Shown piece by piece: positions 49,578 to 60,696 of a stretch of 63,545 bases of DNA. The translations under genes and the position numbers were made by a program. The notes below the pieces were generated by a model. The model had not been told where the DNA came from, made no database searches, and worked only from the letters and a program-made list of their open reading frames with translations. The DNA comes from a virus (lineage: Duplodnaviria; Caudoviricetes). Location of the stretch: positions 1 through 63,545 of IMG/VR virus record IMGVR_UViG_3300010155_000006. One strand, 5' to 3'. The first letter of the stretch is position 1. The number at the start of each line of letters is the position of its first letter.

Positions 49578-52500
49578 ATGGCGACAATTTCCCAAATAAT
49601 AACGACAGGAGAACCTTACATCAGGTCGTATAGGAAACAAAATATTATACAAAACATTTTGTCTAATGATTGTACGGGATTTATTGATAATGTAACTTTA
49701 GATGGTGGAAGTGCTCCTTACGAGATTTTATGGCGAGGACCTAGTGGGTATACCGCTACTACTTTAGACAATTATAATTTATGTGGGGGAGTTTATTCTG
49801 GTACTGTTACTGATACACAGTTTAGTGCACATACTAGTGTTATCTTTCTCGATACTCAACCAGCACCCACCTTATCTGCAACTACTATAGACAGTGGATG
49901 CACCACAAATATTAATCAGTTTTGTAAAATTAAAGTCCATCAATTTACCCACACCCAACCTACATTTACCTATATCCTATATAAGGATGGGGTACCCTAT
50001 AAAGATTATATTGGTAGTACGGGAAATGAAATACACACTTTTACTAATTTATCCTGTGGGTCTTATGCATTATCCGCGTATGACGGAATAGAAGTAGATA
50101 TTCAGTACCTAATCAATGAAGCCAAGTGTAGTGACGGCTATTTTTTAGATAGTGATGTGTTTGGAGGAACTGGGAGTCCTACTATCTTTACGGGACTTAC
50201 CCCACAACATATTGTAGAGGAATGGAATAAAACCATCAAATTTACTGATTCGGTTATTCCTTTTCGAGTAGGAGCAGGACCCAATTCATATAGTGGATTT
50301 GGGTTTACCATATACTACGATACAGGACTTATTAGTGGTGGTACTATCGAAACTAATAATCCCGATGCTTGGTTTTACACTGGAAGTACCGCAACTAGAC
50401 GTACTGACAAAAATGAGGATTGGTTTTTAGGCACCTCCGCGTTAACAATGACTGAAGGTGCAAATATAGGGCCTGTGGGATTGAGTACCTTAGCTGATAT
50501 AGGAAAATTTTATTATAATTCTTTTATTAAAAAGTTTGTGGTAAATTATAGAGCCACTCCGTTCACTAATTCGTGGGTTACATATAACCCCACAGAATAC
50601 TATGGGGTTAATGGAAATCCTGTGGCCTCCCAACTTTTAACTGGTACCAGTTATTATAACACTACCACCCCACTGGGCACATTAATATTTGATTATACCG
50701 TTACTGCTGATACTAATACCGTCATCCGATGGGATAGTGTTACGGCAGGTAACTCTGTGTTTTTATTAGACGGAAATGTGGGAATTCCTATCGGTAATAG
50801 TAGTACCTGTTATTACGGTAATTATAGCCATGAAGTGACCTTAGGTTCCAGTGCAATTGATAATGATTTGATTGGTATTGTATTAGCATCTTCAAGAGAT
50901 GAGTTAGGATTATATGGTGAGGTAAACCACACACATAATCTCATTTTATGGTTTAAAAATACATCTTCCGCTTCTGCGGTAGGAATCCAATTTAATTATG
51001 CTGACCGTACTAATGGATTTGTTGGAAGTAATGGAATTCGTCATTGTGGAAATCCTAGTAATCCATGTACTACCGCTTATAGTGGGTATTCCTCAACCAT
51101 AACCACTAGACCGGTCGCTAACTCTCCATTTAGTATCGCCAATTTTAATACTCAAGGAACAACCAGAGTAAAAATTGAAAGAAAGGGATTATTCGGTGAA
51201 AGATTTAGAATTAGGATGACGGATTTAATTACGGCTCCGAGTGGGGGTGTTATTCCTTATAATCCCCTTTATGAAATGAATTTGAATTTATTAGATAAAA
51301 CTACATGGTCAGGTGAAACGGCTTCCGCTCCTAGTTATGTGGATGATTTAGATTTAATAAGATTTTTAGGTGGACAACAAATAGGGTACTATCAAAGCTC
51401 ACAAGCAGACAGTAGATTTTTTCATATCTCTTTTAGTGGTCACCAATCTAATAATTTAAGTACTGTGGGTGGTTATGGTGCAAGTGCTACTCAACTATTT
51501 CCCTTTTGTAGCTATCAATTACGTAGTATGGATATGTCCAATACTACTAATCAGAATTATTGGAAGTCTATTGGTGGTGGTGGAGTTGTAGGGAATAGTA
51601 CGGTCCCCGTTGCACAACCCATCCCCCAGATTACTATGGAAACTATTGAAGAACCTAAAGTTGTAATAACTAAAGGAGGTACTAAGGTAACAGTGCCCTC
51701 GACAGATATTGTAATTATAGACCCTAAAGATTATAGGGAGAAATGTTTAGAACTAGGATTTGAATGGCAAACACATACAGACAGAATCCAACATAATGTG
51801 ATGTTAGCGGGATATGCTCTTTATGGGTATAAACCCGAAGACCAAAAATTCAGTAAAAAAGCACTTCAGATGAGATTTTTTGATAAACTATCTACCACTA
51901 TACAATATATAAAAAAGGAAGATAATGAAGTGATAGGTGAAGGTGTTGCACAAACTGATTGTTTACCCTTTAATTTCTTGGACCCAAATATTTGTGAATA
52001 TGGGATTAAACCTATCTTTTTAACTGCCAGTGTGCTGGACCAAGTAGTGGTAGAACCAGGCACTATTGCGGCTTTAGTTGAGGACGCATGTGACCCCAAT
52101 ACCTCTAGTACGTGGTTATCTACCTTAGATGTGAATGCCGATGATGATAGTCCATATGGCAACTTCAACATTGACAAAGATTTTTATTTTGCACAATACC
52201 CCAGTATCAGTAAACCTAATTTACTCACCAATACTTTAGATTATGGGGCTCCTAGGTGTAGCAACGAGTTAATAAATAAACAAGTGACGGTAGTACCCTA
52301 TCCCGTGTGGTCAGGTGATACCCCCACCACAGGAAGTACCGAACGACCTTATTTAGTTGAAGGCAAACCTTTTGCGTTTACCTTAGACTATAATTGTATA
52401 GGAACTGCTCTACAAGTTACACTTAATGGTGTTACCCAAACACAAGGACAAGTCGGAGTTCCTAGTTATGGTGATTATACATTTACTAATCCTATTGTTA

Positions 52501-53222
52501 CTTTTTTTCCAGACACACTGGCGGCTGAGGATGAAATCCAAGTAATTTATATGCCTGATAGTAATAGAGACTCGTATCATTTTAATTCCTATGTCGTACC
52601 TCCTGTTATACCTTCTATTTCCGCGACTACTTCAGCAACTACTTTAACTCAGAATGGATTCTTTTATTTTTACACTCTTGATGAACCAGTTCTGGGGATT
52701 GTAGGGATGGTATTAAATGGAATAGTCCTTACGGATGGGGAGGATTATAAATTAATTTCTAATAATAAAGTCCAACTTTTAAGTGTTACTTATCCAGGTG
52801 GTCTTGTAGAAGGGGATATCTTGTCCTTTTTCTATATTACACAAGTAGATGTGTTGGGGTTAGCACGTCATAAAGAACCAGTGTTAGAGGTAGGTATTAG
52901 ATGTTCACCTAATTATGATATTGATTTAACATGTAATGTTTTAAACACTCGAGGAAAGGTAGTATACACCTATACCAACACCTTAAGAAAAGAAAAATGT
53001 ATAAACGAGAATGTTAGCCGTATAGAATATAAATTAAAAGTGCCGGGACCCGGCACCTATAGTTATCATATAATTTCCACCTCTAAATATATGAGTATAA
53101 CGGGGTTACCATTAACTAATTCTTTTACTTCTGATACTTACATGTTTAATATAACTCCAGCAGTTTACTATAGTGTATCTGGTGGAGATGATAGTGGTAC
53201 CACCCAACCCTCCCAACTATAG
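49578..53222 (+). CDS. Large fibre/adhesin-like protein with SprB-like repeat
   Basis: 'GGSAPYEILWRGPSGYTATTLDNYNLCGGVYSGTVTD'; two C-terminal 'LNG....G.DY' repeats. Confidence 0.55.
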   Translation: MATISQIITTGEPYIRSYRKQNIIQNILSNDCTGFIDNVTLDGGSAPYEILWRGPSGYTATTLDNYNLCGGVYSGTVTDTQFSAHTSVIFLDTQPAPTLSATTIDSGCTTNINQFCKIKVHQFTHTQPTFTYILYKDGVPYKDYIGSTGNEIHTFTNLSCGSYALSAYDGIEVDIQYLINEAKCSDGYFLDSDVFGGTGSPTIFTGLTPQHIVEEWNKTIKFTDSVIPFRVGAGPNSYSGFGFTIYYDTGLISGGTIETNNPDAWFYTGSTATRRTDKNEDWFLGTSALTMTEGANIGPVGLSTLADIGKFYYNSFIKKFVVNYRATPFTNSWVTYNPTEYYGVNGNPVASQLLTGTSYYNTTTPLGTLIFDYTVTADTNTVIRWDSVTAGNSVFLLDGNVGIPIGNSSTCYYGNYSHEVTLGSSAIDNDLIGIVLASSRDELGLYGEVNHTHNLILWFKNTSSASAVGIQFNYADRTNGFVGSNGIRHCGNPSNPCTTAYSGYSSTITTRPVANSPFSIANFNTQGTTRVKIERKGLFGERFRIRMTDLITAPSGGVIPYNPLYEMNLNLLDKTTWSGETASAPSYVDDLDLIRFLGGQQIGYYQSSQADSRFFHISFSGHQSNNLSTVGGYGASATQLFPFCSYQLRSMDMSNTTNQNYWKSIGGGGVVGNSTVPVAQPIPQITMETIEEPKVVITKGGTKVTVPSTDIVIIDPKDYREKCLELGFEWQTHTDRIQHNVMLAGYALYGYKPEDQKFSKKALQMRFFDKLSTTIQYIKKEDNEVIGEGVAQTDCLPFNFLDPNICEYGIKPIFLTASVLDQVVVEPGTIAALVEDACDPNTSSTWLSTLDVNADDDSPYGNFNIDKDFYFAQYPSISKPNLLTNTLDYGAPRCSNELINKQVTVVPYPVWSGDTPTTGSTERPYLVEGKPFAFTLDYNCIGTALQVTLNGVTQTQGQVGVPSYGDYTFTNPIVTFFPDTLAAEDEIQVIYMPDSNRDSYHFNSYVVPPVIPSISATTSATTLTQNGFFYFYTLDEPVLGIVGMVLNGIVLTDGEDYKLISNNKVQLLSVTYPGGLVEGDILSFFYITQVDVLGLARHKEPVLEVGIRCSPNYDIDLTCNVLNTRGKVVYTYTNTLRKEKCINENVSRIEYKLKVPGPGTYSYHIISTSKYMSITGLPLTNSFTSDTYMFNITPAVYYSVSGGDDSGTTQPSQL

Positions 53223-53308
53223 GGTATTAAAAATGAAAATGAATAAAAACATATGATGTTTACAACAAGTAAAAATAAGACTTATAATATTTATAAATAA
53301 ATTAGAAG

Positions 53309-55765
53309 ATGAGTTATATATTAAAAACAGGCAGCAGTGGCTTAATAAATGTACGATTAACTGACGCGGGAAGAAAAAAGTTGTCCCAAGGTAAGCTAAC
53401 TCTCAATTTATTTCAATTTGGAGATAGTGAAATGTGTTATAATTGTTATACTGACATTTTAACACAGTCCAACGGAGTTTTCATTACGGAACCAAAATGG
53501 AATGCACAAAATATTTCCAACTTTTCGAATGAGTTGAATAAAATGGATGTAAAGTATCCAATCCCAATAACAGACACTAACAGTGGACAAACTTATGGGG
53601 TCCTCACTCCTGGTGCTACTGAAAATACTGTATATAATACTGCTCGTCAACGAGGATTTTTTAGTGGAAACACCACCACCCCATTTTCTGCTATTACTAA
53701 TGCTCAATATGTTTATTCTGCTAACTGGTGTTATCCCCTTAATGAAATGACGGGTGGAACAGAAATGGTATTATTTAGTGCGGCCTGTAATACTATTGCT
53801 TATACTCCAGTAATAGGGGACCTTATTATGGTACAGTATATAAATCCTTTCCAAACCACAACCTCCAATTGTAATACTAGTTATTTAAATATTCCTTCTA
53901 ACAATCCCGTACCTTACTTATTTTATCAAGTAGTGTCCGCCGCTACCAATATGACTGGTGGTAGTATTGTTACTAGTGCTAATACCGAAAGTCAAATTAA
54001 AGTACCAGTAGACCGAGAATTACCTAATTATACCATGTTTCCATCTGCAACAGGATGTTCACGCGTATTGATTTATCCTCCAGGTGGTATACTAAATTTT
54101 TATGGAGAAGACACACCAATCCCTTATTGGTCTCCAGGTTCACTATCTTTTGATAATAATTGTGATGTTTCAGTTAAAGATGTTAAGGTGTGGAATATGA
54201 ATATTAACTGGACCCAAGTATATGATAGCAGCCTTAATTGGGGTACCGTTGCGGGGGTTAATAATAATACATATGGTGATGTAAACACCTATGGTTCCAG
54301 TGGATATTGTGGAACTAAAGAATGGTTAGGTTATAACAGTAATGTAGGACAATATGACAGTACCAACGTTACTGATTTTTATAGTTCCGAGAATGTACCT
54401 GGTTATCAAAATAATCCCATCCCTACTTCTGGAACTTATATTAGAGATTCGTTTGGTAAAATCCGAACTATTTTACCAGATGACCAAAGATGTATTGCTA
54501 TATTACATTATAGTAACGAAACAATTTCTAATTTTTATGGAGAAAAATTTGCATTAGAACCTACGGGTCAAGGCACCATTAATGGCATAGGAGAATCTCG
54601 TAATTTTAAGATTCATATGCCTACATTGATGTGGCATAAAAAGAAAGGTGGTGCATTAGGAAGTGGTACAGGAACAGGAAGAGGAGATGAATGTACTATT
54701 GGACAAACTTTTTATGTTAATCCTCCGGGTTTTGAGAATGTAGATGGTGTTAAATTTATTGCTTCTCTTCCTAATCCTGATATGAATGAACCGGGTATCC
54801 GTTATTATCATTTATGGGACGATAATGTTGCAACCATAAGTGGTGCGACTGCAGTACCAAATAGAGTGGGTAAGGTTTTTCCTGATTTACAAATAATAGT
54901 AATTGATGACCAAGAATTAGTGGCAGCTATGACTTATAAATCTAATAGAAATTGGACACTTCCGATGCCTCGTTTAGGTTTGATTGAAGCAGGACAAGCA
55001 TGTGCTACTACCGATAGTAACGCAGGATTTTTTAATGGATTCCCTAATAGTGAACAAGTATGGGTAAGTTATTTATTAGAAAATCATTCTGGTCATACAA
55101 CAGGGTTACATTGTAATTATTACACTAAAATAATAGGGGATACTTCGGGGTCCAATAAAGATGTGGTGATGAATTTTGGAGATGAGTTTCCATATATACG
55201 ACCTTATAATAATACCTTATGTGGAGCATATTCTGGTTCTGGAGTTCAAGTGGATACGTTTAATGTTTTATTTCAGAAGACACCTAATGGTGTAGCTCCT
55301 GACCCCGCACAATGGCAAATATTAGACATTAGTTCCCAAGTTCCAAGCTATACTGCAACCACCCCCCTTCAGGCGGGAGCACTTATTTCTTCCAATAGTT
55401 GTTCCTTTTATTTAACGGCTGATAGTATTATTAGTGCAACAACTTATAATTTACATGATTATATAAACATTCCATTGAATAATAATCAAGAACCTACTAA
55501 CCTACAATTTGGGGATGAATATTTCTTTTATGGAAGTCTGGATACTGATATTATGGCTACCATTTATGAGATGAGATACGGTATAGGAATTGCTGCGAAT
55601 CAATTTACCACATCAACTAACCCTACTTGGACTTCAGGTAATATTGTAAGAATAACTGAGATAGGACTTTTTGATAATGATAAAGATTTAATGGCAATTG
55701 CAAAACTTAAAAATCCCACTAAACGTGTAGGAATCCAGAATTATCAGATAAAAATTGATTTTTAA
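53309..55765 (+). CDS. Tail-collar/fibre-attachment (DUF3751-like) protein with large insertion
   Basis: N-term 'LTDAGRKKLSQG...FQFGDSE'; C-term 'ITEIGLFDNDKDLMAIAKLKNP'. Confidence 0.6.
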   Translation: MSYILKTGSSGLINVRLTDAGRKKLSQGKLTLNLFQFGDSEMCYNCYTDILTQSNGVFITEPKWNAQNISNFSNELNKMDVKYPIPITDTNSGQTYGVLTPGATENTVYNTARQRGFFSGNTTTPFSAITNAQYVYSANWCYPLNEMTGGTEMVLFSAACNTIAYTPVIGDLIMVQYINPFQTTTSNCNTSYLNIPSNNPVPYLFYQVVSAATNMTGGSIVTSANTESQIKVPVDRELPNYTMFPSATGCSRVLIYPPGGILNFYGEDTPIPYWSPGSLSFDNNCDVSVKDVKVWNMNINWTQVYDSSLNWGTVAGVNNNTYGDVNTYGSSGYCGTKEWLGYNSNVGQYDSTNVTDFYSSENVPGYQNNPIPTSGTYIRDSFGKIRTILPDDQRCIAILHYSNETISNFYGEKFALEPTGQGTINGIGESRNFKIHMPTLMWHKKKGGALGSGTGTGRGDECTIGQTFYVNPPGFENVDGVKFIASLPNPDMNEPGIRYYHLWDDNVATISGATAVPNRVGKVFPDLQIIVIDDQELVAAMTYKSNRNWTLPMPRLGLIEAGQACATTDSNAGFFNGFPNSEQVWVSYLLENHSGHTTGLHCNYYTKIIGDTSGSNKDVVMNFGDEFPYIRPYNNTLCGAYSGSGVQVDTFNVLFQKTPNGVAPDPAQWQILDISSQVPSYTATTPLQAGALISSNSCSFYLTADSIISATTYNLHDYINIPLNNNQEPTNLQFGDEYFFYGSLDTDIMATIYEMRYGIGIAANQFTTSTNPTWTSGNIVRITEIGLFDNDKDLMAIAKLKNPTKRVGIQNYQIKIDF

Positions 55766-55777
55766 TTAATCAACCAT

Positions 55778-58700
55778 ATGGGGTTTCTAGAACTAGATAA
55801 AGTAAATACCTTAGAACTTTTTTTAACCGATAGAGGGAAAGAATTAATGCTCAAACAAAACGGTCAAGGTTTATATGACCTCATTAATCAATTTTCCACT
55901 GATGATAGAGATTATGACTATAGACGAAGTAGTGATATTTGGGTAGAAGGGATATCCCCCCAACCGGACGGTAGTGGCCTTCCATGGGGGACCACAGGTA
56001 TTCCCGGCGCTGGTAATTCCCAAGGTATAACTGGGGGTGTTAACCCATGTGCAACTGGTCCTGTAACCAACCAGTGTTGGTTTGATATGCCTGATGTAAG
56101 AGGAGATAGGGGACAAAAAATCATTAGTTGTAATATGATTACGGCTACTACCGAAGGAATTGCAGCATGTACCAATATCTATTGTTTTTATGATGTGACA
56201 TCTACTAGAATAGCAGATGCACGCGCTGCTAAACTCGGACTTACTGATTGGTTTAATAGTATAACTGCTAGTACCCCCAATTATACTGGTAAAATATTTC
56301 ATATTCCCGTATATGGGGAGACATGGATTAATACAAGTTATTATCCGTGGAATGGTAAATTGGATGCATGGGATTGGGCACCAGGAAGAAATACAGCAGG
56401 CACAAGTTGGACCCCAGCATTTTGTGGTGACCCTACTTTACCTAATTATGCTAGATGTACTACTTATTGGGCACAAGGTGGTGTAAATACTGTGGGCCCA
56501 AGTCCCACCACCAGTTTTGATGGTGAAACTACGCGAAAATATCCCACACCAATTACTGGGTTGTTTCTTCAAGCGAACAATTGGGGGGTTAATACTGGGA
56601 ATTATTCGGGTTTTCCTGTATTACCTCCTGGTGCGGGTTCACAGACAGGAAGCAGAGCAGAGTTTTGGACTACCGGATGTACCTTAAATACTTTAGGGGG
56701 GAAACCAGATGCAGGACCAATCCCCAATGGTGAATTTGCAGTTAGTAGTTTTAAAATGATTATTAATAACCCTATTGTGTCTTTTACCGCAACAAGCATT
56801 GGTGGGGGTTATTCATCTGTTAACTTTGACCCAACGGCTTTAGAACCACCTTATCCTACTATATTTGGTGGTCTCATTTACCCTGGGTTGAGTGGATACA
56901 CATTAGAAGAGTACTTCGATGTATTTGACAGTGTATTAGTAACTAGTGCTGCTTCCCAGTATTCAGAATATGCGTCCCCTGAAAATCTATGTGTGGATAA
57001 TTGTTGTCCCGACCCTTTGACTTATACAGGACCGGGTTTATTTGGTTGTCAAGACTGTAGTCCATTTGATAGTACTATTACTACTGCAGCACAGTACCGG
57101 GTATTTGCTTCTGGGTGGAACCCCACCACTGAACTTGCACCAGGAATAAGTGCAGGAACCGCCCATATACAAGTGCATGAATGGGGCATACCCTGCGAAA
57201 AATATAGAGGTATGGACCGAAATGTTCTAGTAGTAAATATTTTTGATGAAGTTGATGCACAACCTCGACAATCTCATGCTGGAAATTTAATGTTGGGAGC
57301 TAAAAACTTTTATAATCTTACAGATAGTAGTAATTGGCAAAATTCATATCCGGGAAATTATATGAGTGACCCTTTTCCTTATATTGGACAACTAAATGGG
57401 ACTCAAACTGGGAGTGCAGGTGAGTGGTTAGACAAGAACTTTCTAGGTTATCATGGACATAATAGGGCAGATACTTCTGCTGGTTCCGCCCCATGCTGGG
57501 ATTATAAACCCTGTTGTGCTCCTACTGGCGTTCCATCTGATTGGAATCAATGGAATATCAACGCTACGTGTGGTACTGGAATAATTGAAGCAAATAAACA
57601 AATACAACCCACAATCTCCTATGTTTATGGAGAAGATTTATTTCATAAGACTAATGCTTTTTATAATAATTTTAGAGGTTTTGTGTATCCTGTTTTAGCT
57701 ACAGAAAGTTCTGCCTTCTGGGGTGGAATTTTTGCACTTCACTTATATGGAGCTATGAAAGGTAGGGTAATTAGTCAGAGTGAGTTCGTTGATAACCCTA
57801 CGTGTCTTTCTCAGGGGATGACCTTATCTGCTATCACTAATTCTAACCCCTATAGTACGATTACTCCAGTAATATATACAGTTAATACTACACAATGGTA
57901 TGAACCCGCGTCTACCACTGAACCCTACGATTCAGGTCAATTGGGACCTGGTTATAATTCATGGTACGGTTTTTATGGTCACACTAATGGTGGGAATGGG
58001 CAGAGTGGAACACCAGTTAGAGGACTTCAAAATTTTGGATGGGGATTTAGTCCAGATGTGGGATGTGCAGTTCCAGACTGTAATACATCTCTTATTTTTT
58101 CTGGTGGAACTTTTGAAAAAGATTTGAATGCGTTTCTTAGTGGTAGTAGTTACTTAATAGAGACCGTTACTACTGGGTGTACAGAATGTCAGTGTTTACC
58201 ATCAGTTTTTCTAAATCATCCAGGCCCTATATTAGTAGACCCAGTAGACCCAGTAGGATGTCCTTGTCCGGATGGTAGTACTAGTCCCGAGTGTTGTCCC
58301 CCACCAACACCTACACCAGAAACTTTATGTGGTCCTTCCCCATTAAGTACTACGAACCTCCAAACATCACAAACCACCGTGAACAGTACCGGAGAAATGC
58401 AAAGAAGAAGTGCACGACAAGCAACCTACACAATACCATCTCCTCAAACCTCATTAATGACCGGTAATCATTCTCTAACTAAAGGATTAGAAGTACTGGA
58501 CGCACCGAAAAGAGTTAATTCTTTAGATAAAAGATATAGGGGGGATTGCAGTATAGGATTTGAACCACATTTACACCAATATTTAGATAATGAGGGGATG
58601 GTTCAGTATACTATAGAATTAAGAAGTACTTCTAGGTATAATGGAAAATTAATTGAATCTAATGCTCTATTTTATTGGAAGTGGTCTTCTGGGTTTAAAT

Positions 58701-58972
58701 TTAATAAAGGCACACTAAAAGAAACTCAGCCGTGTATAAAGGTAACTAAAAGTCAAATTCTTAAATTAGGAACTAAGGCTGGTCCTGTATTTTATTTTAA
58801 CCCATTAGAAGAAAACCAAGATATCTTTACACAAGATATGAAGGCATCTATTCTTACTCAAGAATTGTGTATGTCAATGGGATATATACTACATGGAAGT
58901 CTTCTAACTAAAACTAAAAGAATTAGAGTCTGGGGTAATACAGGGTTTGGCTGGGGAATGAAGGTTTTATAA
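55778..58972 (+). CDS. Tail fibre-like protein with collar-type N-terminus and a domain paralogous to part of the 2931-aa protein
   Basis: 'LFLTDRGKELM...DDRDYDY...PDVRG'; shared motifs with 43909-45022. Confidence 0.55.
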   Translation: MGFLELDKVNTLELFLTDRGKELMLKQNGQGLYDLINQFSTDDRDYDYRRSSDIWVEGISPQPDGSGLPWGTTGIPGAGNSQGITGGVNPCATGPVTNQCWFDMPDVRGDRGQKIISCNMITATTEGIAACTNIYCFYDVTSTRIADARAAKLGLTDWFNSITASTPNYTGKIFHIPVYGETWINTSYYPWNGKLDAWDWAPGRNTAGTSWTPAFCGDPTLPNYARCTTYWAQGGVNTVGPSPTTSFDGETTRKYPTPITGLFLQANNWGVNTGNYSGFPVLPPGAGSQTGSRAEFWTTGCTLNTLGGKPDAGPIPNGEFAVSSFKMIINNPIVSFTATSIGGGYSSVNFDPTALEPPYPTIFGGLIYPGLSGYTLEEYFDVFDSVLVTSAASQYSEYASPENLCVDNCCPDPLTYTGPGLFGCQDCSPFDSTITTAAQYRVFASGWNPTTELAPGISAGTAHIQVHEWGIPCEKYRGMDRNVLVVNIFDEVDAQPRQSHAGNLMLGAKNFYNLTDSSNWQNSYPGNYMSDPFPYIGQLNGTQTGSAGEWLDKNFLGYHGHNRADTSAGSAPCWDYKPCCAPTGVPSDWNQWNINATCGTGIIEANKQIQPTISYVYGEDLFHKTNAFYNNFRGFVYPVLATESSAFWGGIFALHLYGAMKGRVISQSEFVDNPTCLSQGMTLSAITNSNPYSTITPVIYTVNTTQWYEPASTTEPYDSGQLGPGYNSWYGFYGHTNGGNGQSGTPVRGLQNFGWGFSPDVGCAVPDCNTSLIFSGGTFEKDLNAFLSGSSYLIETVTTGCTECQCLPSVFLNHPGPILVDPVDPVGCPCPDGSTSPECCPPPTPTPETLCGPSPLSTTNLQTSQTTVNSTGEMQRRSARQATYTIPSPQTSLMTGNHSLTKGLEVLDAPKRVNSLDKRYRGDCSIGFEPHLHQYLDNEGMVQYTIELRSTSRYNGKLIESNALFYWKWSSGFKFNKGTLKETQPCIKVTKSQILKLGTKAGPVFYFNPLEENQDIFTQDMKASILTQELCMSMGYILHGSLLTKTKRIRVWGNTGFGWGMKVL

Positions 58973-59038
58973 CATAAATGAAAATTATTTACTATACAGA
59001 AATAAAAGTTAAGATAATTATATAATAGAAAAGAAACA

Positions 59039-60694
59039 ATGGGATATATAGCAAGTTCACCAACCGAGTATTTAGACCTCCATTTAACAGAAAGAGGTAG
59101 AAGACTTCTACTGCAAGGTAGTTTAGGAGACCAAATTGTAAAATTCGCATTAGGTGATGGGGATGAAGATTACCAAAATAGCCAACAACTAACGAGTGGG
59201 TTTGTACCAGATGTAACTGGTGCTCATCTTAATTGTATTTTTGGTGTTAATGACGGATATGAAATAAAAGATAAAATCCAATGGGTTGAAGGGGGACAGA
59301 GTTTATTAAGACAACAACAACAAGCGGAAATGGTGTTTGGATATCAGAGTGAAGGTAGTTATCTATGGGCTAATAAAGCCCTTGTTAATGTATATCTTCA
59401 TGATTATTTAGCAATGCTCAAAGTCTTGGCATTACATAATGCACCTTATCATTCTTTTGGTACTTTTAATAGTAGTAATTTTACCACTTATTTTAGTCAG
59501 ATTTTTGATTCAGGTGGGGTTGCCTGGAGTCAAGACATAAAAGAATTTTTTGAAACTTTAGAGGAACAAGGAAAGGATTTAAATTTAAATTTTATTGATA
59601 AAATTTTTAAAAGAGTAACAGGTACCATTTCACCTACAAACGTTAAATTAACGTTAGTTGGAAATAATAATCAAACCTTATTTAAGAAGTTTGTAGGTTC
59701 AGTCTATATCCAAAGTGATAGTACTCCCATGACTCAAGACGGTCCTCAGTATGGATTAGGTAATCCTGATAAAATTCTTTCTCCTTTTTGTATGAGTAAT
59801 AGCATTTATACAGATGTAAATAATACTTCATGGGCGGGAGCAGGACCTATGGGCATCAACATAGGCGGTGCAATTGACTATGGTTATAGTTTTGTTTCTG
59901 TTATTCAACCTAATGTTGCATATTATCCTGACTATGGTTTTGAAAATACTATAGGTGGGTATTATAATATTTTCCAAACTCAAAATTCTAGTTTTAATCA
60001 ACAATTTGACACCACCAACTTAGATTGTATTATTCCTAGTGCAAGATTTATACTGCCCCAGAATCCAGACACTAATGCTTATTTTATTTTACAGACTAAT
60101 CAGATTAATATGTCTAATACTAATACTCATTTTACATCTGCATCGGGGGGGTTACAAGGACAAGCAGCTACTGAATCTACATCAGCGTGGGAAACATTTG
60201 GAATGTTTATGGCTGGAACTGCACAATATGAGGTTAAACCGGGTGTGGGGTATGGTAAACAATTTAAAAAACAGAATCACCCCAACACTAATTTGGAGCC
60301 CAAAATGGGGGTAACTACTTTGATATATCAAACTATACAATTTTTTGAGGCATTAGAACTGGACCCACTCTGTTCTACATTTATTACAGTGAGTGGAACT
60401 GGTGTTAATAAAGTTTATACTGTTCCCTTTACTATTCAAGCGAGTGATAATGCTAATATAGGAACCGCGACCGCCACCTTAAATTTAAATTTTATATTAA
60501 GTTTACCTGCTTTATATAGTAATTTTACTTTAGATAGTCCTATTGCGTTCCGTACATATGACACTAGCCAATTGGAAGCGAGATTTTATGGTGGTGGGTA
60601 TGATGGATTAACTGAATACACTACTGACCCAACTCATTGGCATACAACGGGAGTTAATGAGTATAAAACATTTGTAGACTTTAAACCTTTATAA
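59039..60694 (+). CDS. Tail protein with collar-type N-terminus
   Basis: 'LHLTERGRRLLLQG...FALGDGDEDY...VPDVTG'. Confidence 0.55.
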   Translation: MGYIASSPTEYLDLHLTERGRRLLLQGSLGDQIVKFALGDGDEDYQNSQQLTSGFVPDVTGAHLNCIFGVNDGYEIKDKIQWVEGGQSLLRQQQQAEMVFGYQSEGSYLWANKALVNVYLHDYLAMLKVLALHNAPYHSFGTFNSSNFTTYFSQIFDSGGVAWSQDIKEFFETLEEQGKDLNLNFIDKIFKRVTGTISPTNVKLTLVGNNNQTLFKKFVGSVYIQSDSTPMTQDGPQYGLGNPDKILSPFCMSNSIYTDVNNTSWAGAGPMGINIGGAIDYGYSFVSVIQPNVAYYPDYGFENTIGGYYNIFQTQNSSFNQQFDTTNLDCIIPSARFILPQNPDTNAYFILQTNQINMSNTNTHFTSASGGLQGQAATESTSAWETFGMFMAGTAQYEVKPGVGYGKQFKKQNHPNTNLEPKMGVTTLIYQTIQFFEALELDPLCSTFITVSGTGVNKVYTVPFTIQASDNANIGTATATLNLNFILSLPALYSNFTLDSPIAFRTYDTSQLEARFYGGGYDGLTEYTTDPTHWHTTGVNEYKTFVDFKPL

Positions 60695-60696
60695 TT

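Noticed and set aside
35591-58972. Diversity-generating retroelement or invertible fibre cassette
   Set aside because: No reverse transcriptase or invertase seen, and no near-identical TR/VR pair; shared modules are diverged at DNA level
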